Shown here: positions 42,889-50,900 of the stretch, piece by piece
Numbering within the stretch: the stretch's first letter is position 1
Layout of the letters: every line of letters starts with the position of its first letter
Assembly (NCBI GenBank): GCA_964487295.1
Contig: CAZAQL010000002.1
Coordinates: forward strand, 1 to 62,134
Direction of reading: 5' to 3'
Length of the DNA stretch: 62,134 nucleotides
DNA from: an uncultured bacterium
GTDB lineage: Bacteria > Joyebacterota > Joyebacteria > Joyebacterales > Joyebacteraceae
Translations under genes and position numbers: made by a program
The notes under the pieces: generated by a model
Databases searched by the model: none
Seen by the model: only the letters and a program-made list of their open reading frames with translations
Told to the model about the DNA's origin: nothing

Positions 42889-44900
42889 GGAACCTCCCCC
42901 CGCTCCGGGACGCTCCCGGACAGAAGCCCGCGTTCGACGAGCCAGTCCACGGCCCGCGCCGTCGCCCCGCGTCCCTGCGCGACCGTACGGGCCGCGGCGG
43001 ACGCCATGGCGGCCGCGAGCGCATCGTCGGCGAGAATGCCCTCGATCACGGCGCCGAGGTCGCGATCGTCCTCCACGCGCAGAGCGCCGCCTTCGCGCAC
43101 CAGCAGCTCGGCGCTCTCCCGACAGCTCTCAACGTAACGTCCGATGACGACGGGCACGCCGTGCGCTGCGGGCTCGAGCGGGTTGTGCCCGCCGTAATCC
43201 GAGAGAGTGCCCCCGACGAACGCGACCCGCGCGACGGCGTAGACGCGACTCAACTCGCCGGTCGTGTCCAGGAGCACGACCGGCAACCGCTCACCCGCGT
43301 CGCCGGGCGGGAGGGCCGCGGCTGCGCGCCCCGCGCCGCCCGGCCCCTCGGGCAGCTCGCTTCTGCGGAGCGTCGCGAGGCCTGCCCGTCGACACGCCTC
43401 CTCGATGGGAGCGATCCGCGCGAGATGTCGCGGTGCCACGATGACTCGCAGGTCCCCTCGTCGTTCGAGCAGGTCAAGCGTCGCCCGAATGACCGCCGCC
43501 TCCTCACGGGGACGGACGCTCCCGAAAACGACGACGGCCTCCTGTTCGGAGATACCGAGCCGCTGTCGGAGCTCGCTCCGCGCGTCCTCCGACAGCGGCG
43601 GAGAGAGCGCGTCAAACTTCGTGGTGCCGAACGACCTGAGACGCGCGGCCTCGAACCCCAGCCTCTCGAACCTCCCGAGATCGTCCTCCGACTGACAAAC
43701 GACGCCGCTGATGACGTCGGACACCCCGCGAAGCGGGGAGCCGGCCGAGAGGTATCGAGCGAGACTCCGCTCCGAGAGCCGCGCGTTCGCCATGACGACC
43801 GGAACGCCGTGTGCCTCGGCCTCGACAAGCAGGTTCGGCCAGAGCTCCGTCTCGATGAGCACGATGAGACGCGGGTCGCGCGCGGCGAGCGCGCGGCGGA
43901 CGGCGGGTACCAGGTCGAGGGGCGCGAAGGCGACGGGGACGCTCTGCGGAAGGCTCTTCCTCGCGACGGCCACGCCGGCCGGCGTCACGCAGGTCACGAC
44001 CACGCGCTCGCCCCGTGCCTCGAGTTCGCGAACGATCGGCAGCGCGGCCCCGATCTCCCCGACCGAGGCGGCGTGCACCCAGACTCCGCCGCGCGGCTCC
44101 GCCGGATCGACAGCTCCCAGTCTCTCTCGCCACTCCCGACGTCGCGACCGCAGCCACGCCAGGAACGGCCACGAGAGCGCGCCGACGACCCGCGTCGCGA
44201 ACCGGTAGGCCGCGTATGCCGGCCGGCGCGGCTTCGGGGCGCGCACGCGCGCCGCCGCGCGCTCCTCGAGGCGCTTAAGCTCGCGCGTCAGCCGTTCCGC
44301 AGCTGCCTCCATGTCGTCCTGCTCCGACACGTGGAGCGGCTCGCCGTAGAGGATGGCCACCCGGGCGAACGGGCGCGGGACGATGAACCCGTCCCACGAG
44401 GAGAGCCTGCGGAAGGAGCTGGCGGCGGCGGCGATCGGCACGATGGGCCCCCGCGCCCTCGCCGCGAGGAACACGGCCCCGGTCTTGGCGACTCGCGCCG
44501 GACCCTTCGGACCGTCCGGCGTGACGGCGAGATCGAAGCCCGCGCGCGCCCGCGCGATCATCTTCACGACACCGCGGACCGAGCCGCGCGTCGTCGACCC
44601 TCTCTCGACGATGAGTCCGAGCGCCCGCATGACGCGCGCGCTGATCTCGCCGTCACGGTGCCACGACGAGAGCACCACGACGCCTGCGCCGCGATGTGCG
44701 AAGCCGATCGGAAGGATATGAGCGTGCCAGAACGCGAAGACGATCCCGCCCCTCTCGCGCGTCTCCGCCACCGCCCCCCGCCCCTCCCACGTGACGCTCC
44801 ACGTGGCTCCGAGCATCCGCACGAGCAGCGGGCCGACGAACCCGGCGATGGCGGCGAGCACCCGGTCGCCGCGGGTCAGTGGATAGGGTGAGCGACTCAT
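42885..44900 (-). CDS. waaA: Fusion: DUF374 (LPLAT-like) domain + Kdo transferase
   Basis: The N-terminal 210 aa or so (FAFWHAHILP...TPDGPKGPARVAKTGAVFLA) is DUF374. The remainder (VWVHAASVGEIGAALPIVRELEARG...IETELWPNL...GGTLSDYGGHNPLEPAA) is WaaA/KdtA. Confidence 0.85.
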   Translation of the reverse strand: MSRSPYPLTRGDRVLAAIAGFVGPLLVRMLGATWSVTWEGRGAVAETRERGGIVFAFWHAHILPIGFAHRGAGVVVLSSWHRDGEISARVMRALGLIVERGSTTRGSVRGVVKMIARARAGFDLAVTPDGPKGPARVAKTGAVFLAARARGPIVPIAAAASSFRRLSSWDGFIVPRPFARVAILYGEPLHVSEQDDMEAAAERLTRELKRLEERAAARVRAPKPRRPAYAAYRFATRVVGALSWPFLAWLRSRRREWRERLGAVDPAEPRGGVWVHAASVGEIGAALPIVRELEARGERVVVTCVTPAGVAVARKSLPQSVPVAFAPLDLVPAVRRALAARDPRLIVLIETELWPNLLVEAEAHGVPVVMANARLSERSLARYLSAGSPLRGVSDVISGVVCQSEDDLGRFERLGFEAARLRSFGTTKFDALSPPLSEDARSELRQRLGISEQEAVVVFGSVRPREEAAVIRATLDLLERRGDLRVIVAPRHLARIAPIEEACRRAGLATLRRSELPEGPGGAGRAAAALPPGDAGERLPVVLLDTTGELSRVYAVARVAFVGGTLSDYGGHNPLEPAAHGVPVVIGRYVESCRESAELLVREGGALRVEDDRDLGAVIEGILADDALAAAMASAAARTVAQGRGATARAVDWLVERGLLSGSVPERGEVP

Positions 44901-46036
44901 GGCGCTTCCCCTCCGAGCATCGACGCCGCGATGGCGGCCGCCCGCCGGCTCGCGCCGGGCTCACCGAGCGAGCGCCAGACGCCGAGGAGTCGTTCTGAGA
45001 GGCGCCGGTATCCCTCCCGGTCCTCGAGCAGCGCGGCGATCTCCGCGGCGATGCGTTCGGGGGTCGCGTCGTTCTGAACCAGCTCCGGGACGATCCGTTC
45101 TCCCGCCACGACGTTGACGAGCCCGATGTCGGGAATGCGGACGAGCCTCCGACCGACCGCGTACGACACCGGCTGCATCCTGTAGACGACGACCATCGGC
45201 GTGCCGAAGCAGGCCGCCTCGAGCGTCGCCGTGCCGGAGGACACCATGAGAACGTGGGCCTCTCGCATGATCGCGTGGGCCGAGCCCGGCGGAGCCGCGG
45301 TCACGCCTTCGGGAAGCGGCGGAGCGTGGCCGTCCGGCGACGCCGTCCCCGCCGGGCACCCCAGACGGAAGGTCGCCTCCGGGAAGCGCGCCCGGACCCG
45401 CTCGGTGGCGGCGAGCATCACCGGAAGGTGGCGCTCGATCTCGTTCGGCCTGCTGCCGGGGAGTATTCCGATCAGGGGAACCCCCTCCGGCGGCTTCCTC
45501 GGAGCGTCCGCGGGAACCAGCGCCGGCTCCTCGACGAGCGGATGCCCCACGTAGTCGACATCGACGCCACGTTGCCGGTAGAACGACTCCTCGAACGGGA
45601 GGATCACGGCCATCCGGTCGACGTCGCGGGCGATGCTCTTCACGCGCCGCTCGCCCCAGGCCCAGACCTGCGGGCTGATGTAGTAGAACACGGGGATCCC
45701 CGACCGCCTGAGGTGCCTGGCCAGTACGAGATTGAAGCCGGGATAGTCGACCAGGATGGCGAGCGCCGTCCTCCGAGCCCGCGCTTCGCGCACGAGCTCG
45801 CGCATGACCCGGCGAAGCCTGGGCAGATGCGCCAAGACCTCGACGAGGCCCGTCACCGCGAACTCGTCGGAGTGATGCAGGATCTCGACGCCCGCGGCGC
45901 GCATCCGATCGCCTCCGACGCCGAAGATCCGGACGTCGCGCTCGATGGCTCGGAGCTCGGTCACGAGCTTCGACGCGTGCAGGTCGCCGGACGCCTCCCC
46001 GGCGACAATCAGTACCGAGGGATCAGGTGCACGCAT
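44897..46036 (-). CDS. lpxB: Lipid-A-disaccharide synthase
   Basis: True start is MRAPDPSVLIVAGEASGDLHASKLV (ATG 46036). YISPQVWAWGERRV. The track ORF to 46444 is an Arg-rich extension. Confidence 0.9.
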   Translation of the reverse strand: MRAPDPSVLIVAGEASGDLHASKLVTELRAIERDVRIFGVGGDRMRAAGVEILHHSDEFAVTGLVEVLAHLPRLRRVMRELVREARARRTALAILVDYPGFNLVLARHLRRSGIPVFYYISPQVWAWGERRVKSIARDVDRMAVILPFEESFYRQRGVDVDYVGHPLVEEPALVPADAPRKPPEGVPLIGILPGSRPNEIERHLPVMLAATERVRARFPEATFRLGCPAGTASPDGHAPPLPEGVTAAPPGSAHAIMREAHVLMVSSGTATLEAACFGTPMVVVYRMQPVSYAVGRRLVRIPDIGLVNVVAGERIVPELVQNDATPERIAAEIAALLEDREGYRRLSERLLGVWRSLGEPGASRRAAAIAASMLGGEAP

Positions 46037-46074
46037 GACTCGATCCGGGAAGCGGGATGAAGGTGATGGACAAA

Positions 46075-47052
46075 TCAGGCGACGTTCAGGTGTTCGATCT
46101 GGCGCATGATCTCCAGCGCGACCTCGAGCGCCTTCAGTCCGTCCTCGCCGTCGACGACGGGGCGGCTTCCGCTCTCGACGGCGTCGAGGAACGCCTCGAG
46201 CTCGAGCTCGAGCGCGTCCGCCCCGTCCATCGGGGGCTGCTCGATCTCTATGATGTTCTCGAGTCCGCCCTCGATCTCGCCGCTGGCGACCCTGAGCATG
46301 AGTTCCTTCGGAACGTCCTTCCGGTGGATGACCTCGACGGCAGGCCCCATTGTGTCGATGCTGACATACGCATCCGACTGGAAGAAGCGGATCTTCCGGA
46401 CGCGATCCCTCGATACGCGGCTTGCCGTCACGTTCGCGACGCATCCGTCCTCGAACGTCAGTCGCGCGTTCGCGATGTCGATCGTCGGAGATAGGACCGG
46501 GACGCCTACGGCGTCGATCCTGGCTACCGGCGACCGGACGGCGGACAGGATGAGGTCGATGTCGTGGATCATCAGATCGAGCACGACGGCCACGTCGGTG
46601 CCGCGGGGAACGAACACACCCAGGCGATGAGCCTCGATGAACTTCGGATCTCGGAGGACGGCGAGCGCCGCCCGCGTCGCCTGGTTGAACCGCTCGATGT
46701 GGCCGACCTGGATCCGCACACCCCGACGCCGCGCAGCCTCCACGAGTTCGCGCGCCTGCTCCACCGTTGAGGCGATCGGTTTCTCGATAAGAACGTGCAC
46801 ACCCGCGTCGATGCAGGCCATGCCCGTCTCGTGGTGCGACGTCGTCGGCACCGCGATGCTCGCGGCGTCGACCATATCGATGAGCGTCGGGAGATCGTCG
46901 AACGCGGTTGTCCCGTACTCGTTCGCGACCGCGGCCGCGCGCTCCCCGTCCGTGTCGAAGACGCCGACGAGCTCACATCCCGGCAGCTCCGAGTAGACGC
47001 GCGTGTGGAACCGCCCCAGATGTCCTGTGCCGATCACACCGACCTTGAGCAT
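46075..47052 (-). CDS. Gfo/Idh/MocA family NAD(P)-dependent oxidoreductase (GnnA-like candidate)
   Basis: MLKVGVIGTGHLGRFHTRVY Rossmann start and VLIEKPIAS motif. Located between lpxA and lpxB. Confidence 0.8.
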   Translation of the reverse strand: MLKVGVIGTGHLGRFHTRVYSELPGCELVGVFDTDGERAAAVANEYGTTAFDDLPTLIDMVDAASIAVPTTSHHETGMACIDAGVHVLIEKPIASTVEQARELVEAARRRGVRIQVGHIERFNQATRAALAVLRDPKFIEAHRLGVFVPRGTDVAVVLDLMIHDIDLILSAVRSPVARIDAVGVPVLSPTIDIANARLTFEDGCVANVTASRVSRDRVRKIRFFQSDAYVSIDTMGPAVEVIHRKDVPKELMLRVASGEIEGGLENIIEIEQPPMDGADALELELEAFLDAVESGSRPVVDGEDGLKALEVALEIMRQIEHLNVA

Positions 47053-47152
47053 CTCGCCCCCTCTGCTGCTGCGCCGCGCCCGGCTGGGAAGCCGTGCGGC
47101 GCACCCGCGCCTGGGCGCCGCCCGGCGTTCGATGAGCGCTGCGCGCTGGTGT

Positions 47153-47926
47153 CTACTTGATGATACCCCTCGAGGAACTCTCGATGAAGGAGATGAGCCG
47201 CGCGACCTCCTCGGTCTGCGGGACTTCCTCCCGAATGCGGACGAGGGCCTGAGTCGTATTGAGGTCCGAGAGGTAGAGCAGACGGTAGCTCAGCCGAAGC
47301 GCCGACAGCGCCTCCTCGCTGAACCCGCGCCGCATCAGGCCTATCGTGTTGACCTCGATCGGACGGGTCGGCACGCCGCCGATCTTGAAGTAGGGCGGGA
47401 CGTCCTTCGTCACGCGACACGCGCCTCCCACATAGCAGTGAGCGCCGATACGAACGAACTGCTGGACGGCCGTCATGCCGCCGATGAAGGCGTGGTCCGC
47501 GATGGAGACGTGACCCGCGATGTTGACCGCGTTGACGATGACGACGTGGTCTCCCACGACGCAGTCGTGGGCGATGTGCGCGTACGCGCAGATGAGGCCG
47601 TCACTCCCGACGAACGTCGTACCGCCCTCCCCCGTGCCACGGTTGATCGTCGCGAACTCCCTGATGGTCGTCCTGTCGCCGATCTTCAGAAAGGTCTGCT
47701 CGCCCTCGTACTTCAGATCCTGCGGGTTCCCTCCGACCGCCGCGCCGTGGCAGATCTCGCACGACTCACCGATCTCCGTGTCGCGGTCGATCAGCGCCAT
47801 CGTTCGGACGACCGTGCCGCCGCCGATCGTGACGTTCGGCCCGATGACGGCAAACGGCTCGACGATGACATCATCGGCGAGCTTCGCGCTCTCGTGCACT
47901 ACGGCTCTCGTGTCTATCCGGGTCAT
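47153..47926 (-). CDS. lpxA: Acyl-ACP--UDP-N-acetylglucosamine O-acyltransferase
   Basis: Hexapeptide repeats throughout and a C-terminal helical domain GLMRRGFSEEALSALRLSYRLLY. Confidence 0.9.
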   Translation of the reverse strand: MTRIDTRAVVHESAKLADDVIVEPFAVIGPNVTIGGGTVVRTMALIDRDTEIGESCEICHGAAVGGNPQDLKYEGEQTFLKIGDRTTIREFATINRGTGEGGTTFVGSDGLICAYAHIAHDCVVGDHVVIVNAVNIAGHVSIADHAFIGGMTAVQQFVRIGAHCYVGGACRVTKDVPPYFKIGGVPTRPIEVNTIGLMRRGFSEEALSALRLSYRLLYLSDLNTTQALVRIREEVPQTEEVARLISFIESSSRGIIK

Positions 47927-47937
47927 CTGTCCTCCGG

Positions 47938-49245
47938 CTACCGATCCACGACCTGTGACCAGAACTCACCCTCCGCGGCGACCGCCCCCTTGACGTACGC
48001 GGTCCCGCGCATCTTGCACGTGCCGCCCCGGAGCCGAAGCAGCTCGAGCTCGAATCGGACGGTGTCGCCCGGGAAGACGGGCTTTCTGAACTTCGCATTC
48101 TCGATCGCCCCGAAGTATGCGAGCTTCTCCTCCGCCGGATCGAAGCGCGAGAGGAGGAGGAAGCCGCCGACCTGCGCCATCGCCTCCACGAGCACGACCG
48201 CGGGCACGATCGGATGTCCCGGGAAATGCCCGACGAAGAACCACTCGTTCATGGAGAAGTTCTTCACCCCCACCACGCGGTGGTCATCGAGTTCGAGGAT
48301 CCTGTCGACGAAGAGGAACGGGTAGCGGTGCGGCAGCACCTTCTCGATGTCTCGGATGTCCCAGCTCGTCGTCTCCCTGTAGCGGATCTTGCCCCGCTTG
48401 ATCCCGTCGACCAGGGCCCGAACGAACCGGACGTTCGACGCATGCCCCGATTTCGACGAGTAGATGTGACCCTTGATCGGCATCCCCAGAAGCGCGAGAT
48501 CGCCCATGAGATCGAGGATCTTGTGGCGGACGAACTCGTCGGGGAATCTGAGATCGCCCCGGTTGAGGATGCCGTCGTCGTCCACGACGACGGAGTTCTC
48601 GAGGCTGCCGCCCTTGATGAGCCCCATCTTCTTGAGTCCGTCGATATCGCGCTTGAGCGCGTACGTCCTGGCCGGCGCGATCTCGCGCCGGAAGGTCTCC
48701 TCGGTGATCTTGAAGCTCGCGAACTGGGTGCCGATAGTCGGGTTGTCGTAGTCGATCGTGAAGCTGACCCGGAACGAGTCATCCGGAGAGGCCGCCAGGT
48801 AGACGTCGGAATCCTGCACGGCGACCGGTTCGAGGATCTCCAGATACTGGAGCGGCTCATCCTGGTCCTCGATGCCGGCCTCGGTGAGAATGTCGACGAA
48901 CGGCTTGCAGCTGCCGTCCGTCGGCTCCGCCGGCTCATCGCGGTCGAGCTCGACGAAGACGTTGTCGACACCCACGCCGGAGAGCGCGGCGAGAACGTGC
49001 TCGACGGTGGAGATGTTGACGCCTCGCTTCGAGAGCATGGTCCGGCGCGTCGCGTCGTCCGACGTCACGGCGTTCCGGATCGACGCCTCCAGGGATGGCG
49101 TTCCCGGCAGGTCGACGCGCACGAAGACAACGCCCGTGTTCGCGGGCGCGGGCTTGAACGTGACCGTTGTCTCCTGCCCGGTGTGGATGCCGATACCCTT
49201 GTAGGAGCAGGGCCCGCGGAGCGTGCGCTGCTGGCTTCTCGCCAT
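47938..49245 (-). CDS. lpxC/fabZ: Bifunctional UDP-3-O-acyl-GlcNAc deacetylase / 3-hydroxyacyl-ACP dehydratase
   Basis: LpxC motifs: QRTLRGPCSYKGIGIHTG, TVEHVLAAL, SKSGHASNVRFV. FabZ motifs: LPHRYPFLFVDRILE, FFVGHFPGHPIVPAVVLVEAMAQ. Confidence 0.92.
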   Translation of the reverse strand: MARSQQRTLRGPCSYKGIGIHTGQETTVTFKPAPANTGVVFVRVDLPGTPSLEASIRNAVTSDDATRRTMLSKRGVNISTVEHVLAALSGVGVDNVFVELDRDEPAEPTDGSCKPFVDILTEAGIEDQDEPLQYLEILEPVAVQDSDVYLAASPDDSFRVSFTIDYDNPTIGTQFASFKITEETFRREIAPARTYALKRDIDGLKKMGLIKGGSLENSVVVDDDGILNRGDLRFPDEFVRHKILDLMGDLALLGMPIKGHIYSSKSGHASNVRFVRALVDGIKRGKIRYRETTSWDIRDIEKVLPHRYPFLFVDRILELDDHRVVGVKNFSMNEWFFVGHFPGHPIVPAVVLVEAMAQVGGFLLLSRFDPAEEKLAYFGAIENAKFRKPVFPGDTVRFELELLRLRGGTCKMRGTAYVKGAVAAEGEFWSQVVDR

Positions 49246-50297
49246 CAGTCCTCCTTCTCGAGATCATCCACTCGGCGCTCGAGCTCCTTGAGACGCCTGA
49301 ACAGCGCGGGCAGGTTCTGGATGCCGGCGTAGAACCGCTTCGAAAGAGAGTGCTTCCTGGCCGGATACCCGGAGACCTGTTCGCCGGCCTCCACGTCGCG
49401 CATCACGCCGGCCTGCGCCGCGACGATGGCGCCGTCGGCGATCCGGAGGTGACCCGCGATACCTGCCTGGCCCGCGAGGACGACGCCGTCCCCGACGCGG
49501 GTGCTTCCCGATATGCCGACCTGAGCGACGACGATCGAACGCTCGCCGATCTCCACGTTGTGCGCGATCTGAACCAGGTTGTCGATCTTGGTGCCTCGTC
49601 CGATGCGCGTCGCGCCGATGGTGGCCCGATCGATGCAGGCGTTCGCGCCGATCTCCACGTCGTCCTCGATGATCACCGTTCCGACCTGGGGCACCTTCCG
49701 ATGGCACGTGCCGTCCCACGCGAAGCCGAATCCGTCGCTGCCGATCACCGCCCCCGAATGGACGAACACGCGGTCACCGATCCTGACCCCGTGTTTGACG
49801 GTCGCACTCGGGAAGATGACGCAGTCCTCGCCGATGGTGCATCGCGAGCCGACGTAGGCTCCACCATGGACGACGCTTCTCGCCCCCACGGTCGCACCTT
49901 CGCTGATGACCGCGCAGGGTCCCACGGAGACGCCCTCCCCGAGCGACGCCGTACTCGCGATACGGGCGCTTGCATCGACTCCGGGCTCGATCGCCTCGAC
50001 CTCCACCTCGAACAGAGAGAGTGCCGAGGCGAACGCGACGTACGCGTCGTCCGCGACGAGCAGCGCTCTGCCGGCCGCAAGCGGCGAGGACTCGTACTGC
50101 GATGGGACGATGACCGCGGAGGCGCGTGTTGAGCTCAGGTGCCGCTCGTAGCGGGGGTTGGCGAGGAACGACAGATCGCCCGGGCCGGCCTCGGTCAGTG
50201 ACGCGACACCCCTGAGCAAGACCGTTCCATCACCGATGAGCTTCGCGCCGACAGCGCTCGCTATCTCAGACGCCGTGCGCGAGGACGTTCGCCCCAT
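49245..50297 (-). CDS. lpxD: UDP-3-O-(3-hydroxyacyl)glucosamine N-acyltransferase
   Basis: N-terminal domain followed by a long hexapeptide-repeat region and a C-terminal coiled tail. TGATG stop/start junction with lpxC/fabZ at 49245. Confidence 0.9.
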   Translation of the reverse strand: MGRTSSRTASEIASAVGAKLIGDGTVLLRGVASLTEAGPGDLSFLANPRYERHLSSTRASAVIVPSQYESSPLAAGRALLVADDAYVAFASALSLFEVEVEAIEPGVDASARIASTASLGEGVSVGPCAVISEGATVGARSVVHGGAYVGSRCTIGEDCVIFPSATVKHGVRIGDRVFVHSGAVIGSDGFGFAWDGTCHRKVPQVGTVIIEDDVEIGANACIDRATIGATRIGRGTKIDNLVQIAHNVEIGERSIVVAQVGISGSTRVGDGVVLAGQAGIAGHLRIADGAIVAAQAGVMRDVEAGEQVSGYPARKHSLSKRFYAGIQNLPALFRRLKELERRVDDLEKED

Positions 50298-50330
50298 GCG
50301 CGTTCCTCCAGCCTCAGATGCGCCCGGGGG

Positions 50331-50891
50331 CTACTCCGTGGTCGTGTCGTTCAGCTTCTCGAGCACCTGCTCGGTCAGGTCCGACCCCGGTGCGGCATAG
50401 ACGACCGTGCCTCCCGCCGCGTCGAAGATCATGTCGTACTCGCCGGCCTCGCCGATCTCCGTGAGGATGGCGTTGATCCGCTCGAACACGGGCTGCCAGA
50501 GTTCGGCCTCCCGTCGCGCGGCCAGACCTCCGGTACCCCAGACGTCGTTCAGGAAGGACTCATACTCGAGCTGCTTCTGCTGGACGGCCTGCTCCTTCTC
50601 TCGGACGGCCTCCGGGGAGAGCATCAGGCGCTGGCTGTCCAGCTCGCCGAGCATGCTCTGGATCTCCGCCTCGAGGTCCTGAGCCTGCGAACGCCAGTCA
50701 TTGAGGCTCGCCTGCAGCTGGTTGTTGATCTCCCGCGCTCCGCTGTACTCGACCCGGATGCGCTCGGAGTGAATGAACCCTATCTCGGCAGCCTGGCACG
50801 CCATCGCGACGAGCAGGAACGATGCGACGGCGATGACGCGCAGTACGGTCAGACGTGTACTCACTGCAACCTCCCGGGGCGCAGGCCCCAC
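50331..50891 (-). CDS. skp: OmpH/Skp periplasmic chaperone
   Basis: Signal peptide LRVIAVASFLLVAMACQAAE followed by a Gln/Glu-rich coiled coil. Canonical position between bamA and lpxD. Exact start uncertain. Confidence 0.75.
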   Translation of the reverse strand: MGPAPREVAVSTRLTVLRVIAVASFLLVAMACQAAEIGFIHSERIRVEYSGAREINNQLQASLNDWRSQAQDLEAEIQSMLGELDSQRLMLSPEAVREKEQAVQQKQLEYESFLNDVWGTGGLAARREAELWQPVFERINAILTEIGEAGEYDMIFDAAGGTVVYAAPGSDLTEQVLEKLNDTTTE

Positions 50892-50900
50892 TTCGATCGT

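Noticed and set aside
47053-47152. 100-nt GC-rich gap between lpxA and the Gfo/Idh/MocA gene as a regulatory element
   Set aside because: It contains only short imperfect palindromes (e.g. AGCGC-gca-GCGCT) and no promoter-like hexamers. Nothing distinguishes it from ordinary spacer DNA.
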